From contig CAVXTM010000013.1 of NCBI GenBank assembly GCA_963764725.1, positions 1 to 64,000 of the forward strand: 64,000 nt of DNA. The letters run 5' to 3'. Below, piece after piece: positions 42,652 to 50,848 of the stretch; position 1 is the stretch's first letter; each line of letters starts with the position of its first letter. The position numbers and the translations under genes were made by a program. The stretch comes from an uncultured Gammaproteobacteria bacterium (lineage in GTDB: Bacteria > Pseudomonadota > Gammaproteobacteria > JACCXJ01). Below the pieces are notes generated by a model. That model ran no database searches and had not been told where the DNA came from. It saw nothing but the letters and a program-made list of their open reading frames with translations.

Positions 42652-42866
42652 TCGGTCGCAATGACCAGCGGCTCTCGAATGACTTCCTTGCCTTGCATCG
42701 ATTCTTCGGACAACGCGCGGTTTGCTTCCAGAACTAGCTCGACGGCCTCCGAAAGACTCTCGCGAGCCTCCTCGAGAGTTGGGGCTTGAGTATTCGCCCC
42801 CGGCAGTTCCTCAACAAACCCAATGTAACCTTCAGGGACTTTTTGAAATACCGCGGTGAGTTTCAC
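42648..42866 (-). CDS. hicB: HicB antitoxin
   Basis: GYIGFVEELPGANTQAPTLEEARESLSEAVELVL. Confidence 0.88.
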   Translation of the reverse strand: MKLTAVFQKVPEGYIGFVEELPGANTQAPTLEEARESLSEAVELVLEANRALSEESMQGKEVIREPLVIATE

Positions 42867-42923
42867 AGTTGACCTCGACTCCTGGTTCAGTGGCCCAAAG
42901 TATACCGCCGCACCTTCCCTGAC

Positions 42924-42996
42924 GCCGAACGTTTAAGTTCACCCGCTTGCGGAAGCGGGCGAAGCCCGCTGTAGCGAGTCCGGTGCAACGAAGGGT
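42924..42996 (-). repeat. attC interrupted by group II intron
   Basis: GCCGAAC...AGCGGGC/GCCCGCT...GCAACGAAGGGT | GTACG. Confidence 0.75.
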
Positions 42997-43388
42997 GTAC
43001 GCCCGACATGGGCATGAACTAATGGGGTGAAAGTCCCCTGTAGGAGTACCTGTAATGTCCACGTTGTGGACGAATATAACTACTAGCCGACGGCAAGGGC
43101 AAGCCCGCGAGGGCTGGTCTGAAGGAAGCCCGAGCGCAAAGGTGCGAGCCGACGAACAGAAACCGCATAGAAGGCTCAGTCTCCGGGCGAGTCAGCACAA
43201 GATGACGAAGCCTACCGGGTACGGGAGATGGGGTAAATGCGGCGGTTGTGCACCGATAGTGGATGCGCGCCGTCCGTGGCGCGCCCCCTTCGGGCGTGCT
43301 TCGCACGTCCCGTTTCTTTCCCGAAGAAACGGTCATGTTCTTATTCGGGGAGATCTGCCTGGCATGCGGCCGGGAGGGGGAGCCGCAC
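42997..43388 (+). mobile_element. Group IIC-attC intron, 5' fragment (domain I region)
   Basis: First ~190 nt nearly identical to 39109-39300; continues to GGGGAGATCTG; no RT or 3' end. Confidence 0.85.
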
Positions 43389-44369
43389 TTATCTCAGCAT
43401 GGGCGGTGCCGGTGACCACTCAGCGCGATAGCCACGCCACAGCCAACGCATCGCGTCAGGGAAGATCGCCGCACCATGGCGACCACTGTGGGTGCCTTCG
43501 CCCATCACTAACTGGTAGTCGTATCCCTGCATTGCCAGGGCAGCAGACATCGCTCGGTTTCCCTCTGGCCAGTTGAGGCCCGTGAAAGGGCCGGCGAGTT
43601 CATCGTTGACACCGTCTTGCAGGAATACGCGCAAGGGCTTGCGTGGGTTCTGCCGGATGATGTCAGGATAGGCACCGCCACCGCGAATGTTCACAAAGCT
43701 GCCGTTGGCGGAGAAGACCTTTCGAAACTGATCCGGTCGATGCCAGGCGACGGTGAACGCGCAAATGCCCCCACTACTGCGGCCGGCGATTCCCCGGCCC
43801 TCCGGATTGTCGGTGATCCGCACGCGCCGCTTCACTTCCGGAAGAATCTCGGATAGGAGAAACCGGGCGTACTCGTCACTCACCGTATCGTATTCGTAGG
43901 ATCGTTGCTCACTCGGCAGTGCTGTGGGCCGAATGGGTTGTCCGGGGTTGACAAACACCGCCGCCATCACTGGCAGTTCCTTTCGGTGGATCAGATTGTC
44001 CAGAACGACGGGGACGCGCCACTCGCCGTCGGACTGCACGAACCGCAAGTAGCCCCCGTCCTGAAACACCATCAAGGCGATTGGCGTCTTCCCGTCGTAC
44101 TGCGCTGGCACGTACAGCCACCACTTGTGCGAGTAGCCCGGATACGTCTTCGAATCTGAAAGGATGAACTCGGACACAGTTCCGACCGGGACACCCGCCT
44201 GCGACAAGGAGTCAGGGCCGAGAACGTATCGATCGTCGGGCGACGGCGCCTTGGACGACGGCGCGGTTTGCGCCAGACCAGCCGGCGGCATGGTGATGAT
44301 CCACGCACAGGCGAACAGCATGGCGAGGAACGGGAGTGTGACGGGCCTGGTGATAGACGTCTTGCCCAT
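43389..44369 (-). CDS. Secreted alpha/beta-hydrolase esterase (Fes-like, cassette)
   Basis: LYVPAQY, MVFQDG, RSYEYD, GRSSGG nucleophile elbow, GEGTH. Confidence 0.85.
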   Translation of the reverse strand: MGKTSITRPVTLPFLAMLFACAWIITMPPAGLAQTAPSSKAPSPDDRYVLGPDSLSQAGVPVGTVSEFILSDSKTYPGYSHKWWLYVPAQYDGKTPIALMVFQDGGYLRFVQSDGEWRVPVVLDNLIHRKELPVMAAVFVNPGQPIRPTALPSEQRSYEYDTVSDEYARFLLSEILPEVKRRVRITDNPEGRGIAGRSSGGICAFTVAWHRPDQFRKVFSANGSFVNIRGGGAYPDIIRQNPRKPLRVFLQDGVNDELAGPFTGLNWPEGNRAMSAALAMQGYDYQLVMGEGTHSGRHGAAIFPDAMRWLWRGYRAEWSPAPPMLR

Positions 44370-44442
44370 GTGGACAGCCTCCGTGGCATCCGAGTGTGGT
44401 GTCCGTCGCAGCATTCGGACATCAGCCCGTCAGCCGTTGTCC

Positions 44443-44950
44443 GCCCAACGAATAAGCATTTATCCGTTGTGCGCAGGCGAGATACGCGAAACCGGCTCGG
44501 GCGCTAGCGCGCATGACGGATAAATGTCTGTTGGACTAAACCGCGACGGCACCGGGATTGTCAGTCTGGATCAGTTTGCTTATATAAGGGGATTGTATTC
44601 CCGGATAGGGAGTTTGTGGAAGTCGCAGGCGTGTAGGACGGATGGGTGGGTGGCCTCGGGCGGGAAAGCAGTTGCGTTTTGGCCGGTTCGTGCGGGCAAT
44701 TTGCGTGCGTGATCGTGGCTTTCTTACGGTCAAGGCGAGCGCATTCCCAGACCGCTCGGGGCCTGTCGAAAAGCCGGCTTTGTGTGCGCTTGGGCTGGTC
44801 AGGTGTCAGTGGTCAGCCTCCGTCAAAGCGTTTCGGCGCCAGGTGAGCGGTGATCCGCAGGTGGCCCTTCCGGCACAGCGGACAGGGGTAGCCGTCGAAA
44901 GGGGCTTGGCGTTCGCCACTGGCGGTCGGCTCGGGGGGCTGCTGCGCAGC
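44443..44950 (-). mobile_element. 3' end fragment of a Y2-transposase element (copy B) with terminal hairpin
   Basis: Closely similar to 50849-51350, including ATAAGCATTTATCCG...CGGATAAATGTCTGTTGGACTAAACCGCGACGGCACCGGG and the transposase tail FDGYPCP. Confidence 0.85.
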
Positions 44951-44957
44951 GCTGGAC

Positions 44958-45300
44958 ATGCAAACACCCGCTTCACTTTACCGTTGCTCACCCCGAGAGA
45001 TGCCTAATAAACTACCCCCTCTCGAATACCCAGACCGCTTTGAGCTCCGCTACGTCAGCCACAATGGCGGTATCCGCTGGAATCACCAGTGGGTCAATGT
45101 TTCCATTACCTGCGCCGGAGAATACGTAGGCCTCGAAGAGATCGATGAGGGCGTCTGGAACGTGTATTTCGGACCGCTCAAACTCGGACGCCTACTCGAA
45201 AGACACATGCGCATCGAGGATGCCTTCGGACGGCTTTCACGACATAATGTCGTAACCCATGTCTCCGGACTTTTCTGTTACCTATCTCCCCGACCGCTCA
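44958..45300 (+). mobile_element. IS481-like transposase 3' fragment and end
   Basis: PPLEYPDRFELRYVSHNGGIRW...VGLEEIDEGVWNVYFGPLKLGRL; terminal repeats TAACCCATGTCTCCGGAC..TGTTACCTATCTCCCCGAC. Confidence 0.7.
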
Positions 45301-46053
45301 GCGCCGACCCCTGCTTCTTTGATTCTGCGAGCCCGCGAAGTCTCTGCTCCAAACGGTCCTTGAGCTCCTTCGACCCTCGAAAAACGATGACAGTGTAGTC
45401 CTTTAGGTCGAATTCAAGCTTCGTACCTTCACGAGCATGTAGCTGGGCGTCTCTTGAGCCCTTGCGCGTAACCAGCTTCAAGAAGACGTTGGGACCGCCC
45501 CCGTGAGATCTGCGATCACATATTCGGCTCTTCGGATCGACTCAAGGATTCGATCGGTGATGCGCTCATTCGATTGAGGCTCATCGACCCGCTCAGCATG
45601 TATTCCGCAACGTTTCGCTGCCTCCTTGATCGCGTGAGAACGTCACCCATGAGGGTCACCGACGACAATTGGCATAGCGATGAAGGCGTAGCCCTTTCGC
45701 ACATCGGCATCGACCTCAACCTTGGGCTCGACCTCCGCCGGCTCTCTGGAGCCAGACTGAAGCTGTCCGATCGTCTCATCGATCACGTCCGTGATGATGG
45801 GAACCATGCTCCTGAGATACGGCGGATCGAAGATCATGTCGAAAGGATCGACGTTTCGCATAACGAGACCACCAACAGCGGGCGGTGGCGAAATCGTGAG
45901 AGTCTTGAAGCACCCGGCCTCGATCACCTCGCGGCGAACCCATGCTTTGGTCTGATTAATTTGCCTCCGATCATCTTGCTCGTGATGTTTCTGCCAGGCC
46001 ATGAGCAGCGCCCTAAACTGCTCGAGCCGCGCGATCTTTTCGTCAATGTCCAC
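45300..46053 (-). pseudogene. Nucleoside 2-deoxyribosyltransferase/TIR-like domain protein, frameshifted (cassette)
   Basis: GYAFIAMP, then ITDRILESIRRAEYVIADLT, PNVFFEAGYA and FDLKDY in shifted frames. Confidence 0.65.
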
Positions 46054-46071
46054 GATGACGGTTCCAGTGGG

Positions 46072-46134
46072 GCCTAACGACCAAGCTCACCGGGCGCGAC
46101 CATAGGAGCGCTCCGGTGCAGCGCCTTGTTAGCC
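46072..46134 (-). repeat. attC site (short type)
   Basis: GCCTAAC-GACCAA-GCTCACC...GGTGCAGC-GCCTT-GTTAGCC. Confidence 0.85.
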
Positions 46135-46144
46135 TCTTTGTTGG

Positions 46145-46597
46145 TTATGTCCACACCAAAACACCAAGCCATAGGCTTGCAACGAAAAGTGGAAATAAGA
46201 ACAGGAGCGACGTTTGCCTGAAGTGAAGGAAGCTCTTACGAACAGAAACCTCGAAATCAAACCCTTGCCGAAGAAATTTATCCTTTACTCGTTCCTCCAC
46301 GGTAGTTGTTCTCTTTCCGTGCTTCCTCATTGAAACGTAATCTTCCGCCCCCATTAATGCCCAAATACCAGCTACTACTACACCGACGATTGGGACTCCG
46401 TAAGCCAAGAACGGTTGTGTTGCTATTTTTTCGATTTGGCTAAGAAAGAAACCAAGAATTGCGATCTGTAATGTCAGAAACCAATTAAATCTATTCCATA
46501 CGCGGTCTGAATACTCGCTCAGAGCCGTCATTCGGACTTCATAGTAATGAATGAGGTCGCTAAGCGCGGCCTCGTTCTCTGTTTCCTGGTTATCCAC
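46145..46597 (-). CDS. Hypothetical 3-TM membrane protein (cassette, low GC)
   Basis: 150-aa ORF between two attC sites with three hydrophobic segments. Confidence 0.75.
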   Translation of the reverse strand: MDNQETENEAALSDLIHYYEVRMTALSEYSDRVWNRFNWFLTLQIAILGFFLSQIEKIATQPFLAYGVPIVGVVVAGIWALMGAEDYVSMRKHGKRTTTVEERVKDKFLRQGFDFEVSVRKSFLHFRQTSLLFLFPLFVASLWLGVLVWT

Positions 46598-46615
46598 TTT
46601 CTTGCATCTTTGTGA

Positions 46616-46740
46616 GGCTAACGGAGCGCGAGTTGAGCGGCGGCGGCCCTTGACGGGGGAGGAAAGCGCAGCTTTCCGACCGAGTCATAGGGCGAAGCCG
46701 CAAGCGCAGCGCCGCGGTGCCGCTCGAACGAGAGTTGGAC
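46616..46740 (-). repeat. Long attC (same family as 42253)
   Basis: GGCTAAC...GTTGGAC, near-identical interior. Confidence 0.8.
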
Positions 46741-46891
46741 GGCGCACAGCGCCGGACAACTTGACGTGAGACAACTCGCGCTCCGTTGGTTGGCGCGCGC
46801 TTAGCGCCGTCGCGATCGCGGTTATCAAGGCCTGTGATCCTATCCACGCTCATCTCCCGTTCTAAAGGCTGTGGCCCCGGCGCTGCGCGCC

Positions 46892-46955
46892 GACCAACGA
46901 ATAAGCTCACCGGCGCGCCGCTTTTTGGCGCGTCCGGTGGAGCGCTTTGTTGGGC
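46892..46955 (-). repeat. attC site (short type)
   Basis: GACCAAC-GAATAA-GCTCACC...GGTGGAGC-GCTTT-GTTGGGC. Confidence 0.85.
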
Positions 46956-47083
46956 GTTCTGGCTTGAACTTTAGAAAAGAAGGCGACAATCTCCGCAGGA
47001 GACTTGCCGGCTAAGATACGAGCTTGCTCGTCGCGAACCTTGCGAAAAAATGCAACCGAATGAAATTCAGTTTTCCGTGGCAT
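46907..47083 (-). CDS. Small putative antitoxin overlapping the PIN gene; reads into attC
   Basis: MPRKTEFHSVAFFRKVRDEQARILAGKSPAEIVAFF. Confidence 0.6.
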   Translation of the reverse strand: MPRKTEFHSVAFFRKVRDEQARILAGKSPAEIVAFFSKVQARTPNKALHRTRQKAARR

Positions 47084-47537
47084 GGCTGATGACCTCCCGC
47101 GGGGAGTAAATGGTAAGTGGTTTGTAACCCTGTTCGATATTGACCGCGTTAAACGAGCGAATTTTATCGAGGCGCACGATATGCTTGAAATTCCAACTGA
47201 CGAGTACATCGACCTCCGCAATAGTGGCCAACGCGATGTGCAGCATGTCGTTGATGAATCTTTGTCCCAGGACGCTGCGCTCCACGTAACCTTGAACCAG
47301 AGACACGGCTTCTTCGTTGACGCGGATTAGCTCGCTAGGCAAGCCGAGCAATTCCTGGTGCAGAGATCTCACAAAATCAGGAGCAGGGATGACTTCTGCG
47401 GCGGTAACGTCGGAGACCACCGCGACATATCGACCCTGCCGGAAATCTTCCATCAAGCTTTCCGACCAAACCCGGAACTCGGGATCAAAGCATCCGCCAA
47501 TCACGGAGGTGTCAAGGTAAATGCGTAGCTTTTTCAC
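47067..47537 (-). CDS. PIN-domain (VapC-like) toxin
   Basis: IYLDTSVIGGCFDPEF, DMLHIALA, LVSWNFKHIV. Confidence 0.88.
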   Translation of the reverse strand: MKKLRIYLDTSVIGGCFDPEFRVWSESLMEDFRQGRYVAVVSDVTAAEVIPAPDFVRSLHQELLGLPSELIRVNEEAVSLVQGYVERSVLGQRFINDMLHIALATIAEVDVLVSWNFKHIVRLDKIRSFNAVNIEQGYKPLTIYSPREVISHATEN

Positions 47538-47567
47538 CCGAGCAGTCTAGCATCGGGCAGGCTCGAC

Positions 47568-47698
47568 GCCCAACGGAGCGCGAGTTGAGCGGCGGCCCTT
47601 GACGGGGAAGGAAAGCGCAGCTTTCCGACCGAGTCATAGGGGCGAAGCCGCAAGCGCAGCGCGGCTGTTTGGGCGTCTGGTTCAGCGTGTTGTTGGGC
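47568..47698 (-). repeat. Long attC, apparently a hybrid of two sites
   Basis: First ~95 nt match the 42253 family, then GGCTGTTTGGGCGTCTGGTTCAGCGTGTTGTTGGGC. Confidence 0.65.
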
Positions 47699-47759
47699 GG
47701 CTTCACGGTCCGCTGATGGAGGATACCCGCCCACCCGGAACAAAACCGCGCGCTCATGC

Positions 47760-48571
47760 ACTCCCTCGAAGACCTGGCAGCAGGACTGGAACGTCAACTG
47801 CCAGGCCGTCCCCCGTGCCGAGGTTTCGATCGCCTATCTCGCTCCCTCCGTCTTCAAGGTGGCTATCTCGGATCACCGCATCCTCAAGGTCGAGGACGGA
47901 CGGGTCTCCTTCTCCTACAAAAAAACCGGTAGCGCTCGGTCGCGGACCCTGACCCTCGACGCCTTGGAGTTCATCCGCCGTTTCCTACACCACGTGTTGC
48001 CCAAAGGCTTTATGAAAGTCCGCTATTACGGCTTCCTCTCGCCCACCGCCAAGGTGCCCTTGGAGGACATCAAGGCCCTGGTCGAACTGGCCCATGGCTT
48101 CACCGTGACCGTGCCCGAGATTCGAGCTACCACCTTGGCCACAACCGACCTGTCAGGACTGCGGGGGACCACTCCGCTTCCACAGCTCACGGCGCATCCG
48201 CCGCCGCCCATTGATGCCACAAACGTCGGACCACCCGGCTCGACACGATCTCCAGCCCATGTGTAGCCCATAGCAACTTGCAAACGCCCGCGCTGCCGCC
48301 CGGTGTCTTCTTCGGGTCACGGCCTCCCTTTGCCTGCTACCCCTAATTCGCACCCTGAAAGGCATTATTAACAGGTCCCTAAATCCGATTACGATACCCA
48401 ACACCCAGATCCGACCGCCCTCTACTTCGGCTATCTCCAGCTCCCGATGCCCATAGCCACCACATCGCCCACCCTTCACCGAAGCAATCCCTTAATAAAG
48501 AACCCACCCAACACCGGGCTTCTTGAACATTGGATTGAAACGACCATCCATGGTCGTCTCAATCCTTACTG
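47760..48571 (+). mobile_element. 3' fragment of a second IS91-type Y2-transposase element (copy C), inverted relative to the array
   Basis: WQQDWNVNCQ..YLAPSVFKVAISDHRI..EFIRRFLHHVLPKGFMKVRYYGFL; ends CTTGAAC-ATT-GGATTGAAACGACCA/TGGTCGTCTCAATCC-TTACTG-GTT. Confidence 0.8.
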
Positions 48572-50214
48572 GTTAGTCCCTTATCCATGAAATCTTGTGC
48601 AAAAAAGCAAAGAGTGTCATGCGGTAGCGGTATTGAGAGCAGGCATGACTACATACTCTCGGATAGCGAGTGCGGTGCTGAGCACACGGCGACCGAATGT
48701 CGTGAGATAGTACTTGTAGCGATGTCCGATCTTTCTTGATGAGGCCATGGGTGCGCAAGCGTTTCAGCCAGTAGGAGGCACGGCCGGTGGAGAGATCCCG
48801 GAGATGGGCTCGGAGATCGGAGGCACGAAAGCCGCTGATGTTCCACTCCCCGCGGGCGAGGGTGATAAAAAGGCTATGGTCTTCACGGAGGAACAGATTG
48901 AAGCCCCGATAGGAGCGGTCTTTCTCGTACGGGTTTGGCCCTTTTGTCGATGGCGTGCAGAGCTGCATTGGGGTTATCGATGCTGGCCATGAAGCTGAGA
49001 TAGCGTTCATTGGCAGCATGCATCAGCTCTCGCAGATCGGGGAGGCTATAGATGTTTTTTCGCAGGGGTGCGAGTTTGAATTGCTTGCGCCCATTGCGTT
49101 GTTCCACCCAACGGTGGTGTTTGAAGAAGGAGACATCGTTGGCGGTGCATTCCACCCGTGCCATGAGACCGAATTTATCGTAGAGCTTGAGGCTAGCTGG
49201 TCCCATATGGTGGCGGATGCGTGTACCCTGAATGCGGGTGTGAAAATCATTACCGGCCTCCCCGGTGAAGGCCGAGGTGAGTTTGCGTCCCAAGAAGGTG
49301 GCGACGTGTTCTGCCTTGATGGCCTGGCACGGCGGTACGCACGATGGCTTGATAGAGGGGTTGGAAATCGGCCTGGCGACGGAAGATGACATCGGTCGAG
49401 AACTCCACCTGCATGAAGCTCCAGTGATAACCAGCGCGAAACTGACCCAAGATAGGACAGAAGCTTTTCGCCCATCTGTCCAAACGCCGATGCAAGCCTT
49501 TGGGATCGAGGCTATCGGCAAGCGCCTGAGCCTGTTGGGGATCGCCGATGGACAAGAAGGCATTATCGGCTCGCTCAAAGGCGATCCCCGCCTTTGCCAG
49601 TCGGTGGGCCAACCAGTGATGGCCGTTCAAGTAGACCTGCAGGCGAAACGGTGCCCAGGTGGGTACTCGGACATAACAGAGCCCGAAGATCTCATCGATG
49701 AAATAGAAGTAATAATGCAAACACTTGCCCGGGGTAGACTTCAAACGGGTCGTATGCTGAAGCTTGTCATGCCAGGGGCGATACGAAGGACAGGCCTCCA
49801 TCGCCGAGAAGATATGCACCAGCCCCGGGTGCTCACCGCGCAAAGCCAAAATCGCTTTGATCCGTTCTTCTTTACGAAACGCCTTGTAATGACGGATGAA
49901 TTCAATTTCCAAACACGCCTCAGCGGCCAGCCGCTCGGCATGGGTCCGAAGCTCCTCGCGCAGCGGTCTGCCCAGCGGGGGTAGTCAAACAGACGGATCC
50001 CCCGAGTACTCAGGTACCGGGCCATGGCCTCGGCATGGGCGATCTCCGGAAGCGTGCCGGTGATCACGATACGGTCAAAGCAACTCAGCACCGCGGCGAT
50101 CTTCTCTTGATGGCGTTCAACAAAGGGATTCATGGCGACGACCCATCTCAGTTTTTATTGCCCATCCGCCAGAATAGTACATTCAACACTTTGGTTCCGG
50201 CTATGCCGGGTTAG
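48572..50214 (-). mobile_element. Single-gene element bounded by GTTAG direct repeats at an attC core
   Basis: GTTAG at 48572-48576 and 50210-50214; terminal hairpin CCGGC-TAT-GCCGG; one ~500-aa gene. Confidence 0.7.
48617..50133 (-). pseudogene. Putative Rep_trans-like transposase with C-terminal winged helix, about 4 frameshifts
   Basis: MNPFVERHQEKIAAVLSCFDRIVITGTL / KCLHYYFYFID / QVEFSTDVIF / LKLYDKFGLMARVE / LKRLRTHGLIKK across ORFs 49741-50133, 49250-49912, 48883-49578, 48573-49019. Confidence 0.6.
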
Positions 50215-50824
50215 GGCACACTACACTCGAAGTAGCCATTGCGTTGGGTGCTTGTTGGGCACCAAGTTGCCATGTTGACTACGTACGAACTGGGTCGCAC
50301 AGACCGCGCTTTTCCTAGCCCGTCCTCGGCCTCGGCCCGAGACACATAGACCATAACGCTTCGGAACGAACCAGCTCGACGGAAGATCTCGCCGGGTCCA
50401 ATGCCCATGCGCTCAGCCGTCTTGGTGGCTTCATGCTGAGCGGCTTCCAACGATGTATCACCGCCAAAGACGACACCCAAGTGCCTGCTGGATCTACAGT
50501 CGGAGGCTGCGATGGCGTGGCTGATGCGACGGCCGGGAGTGCTGTGCTCTGCACGAGAGCCTCGGCCGTCTCCTTGGGCATTGGAACTCCGGAAAACCTG
50601 TCGATTACGGCGACCGCCCACCTTCGTAGGTTCTTGGAGTCCGCGCTTTGGTTCGTACCTGGCTCCTTCGTGAGGATGGTGGTGGCCAACTCGACGAACT
50701 TTGTTTCGCTTTCTCGTTGCTTGTTGGCGGTGGCAACCTGATTGCCCAAATAGGCAACGGCGAGCGGGATCATGACCGCTGCGACAACTTTGCTGGCGAC
50801 TTCAAGCTTTTGCCAACCGTCCAT
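50211..50824 (-). CDS. Membrane-anchored hypothetical protein (cassette), one frameshift near 50478
   Basis: MDGWQKLEV..TM..LRRWAV in ORF 50315-50920; GVVFGGDTSLEAA...WCP in ORF 50211-50621; stop lies within GCCCTAAC. Confidence 0.65.
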
Positions 50825-50848
50825 TCGTGAACCCCTGGGGATTGTGCG

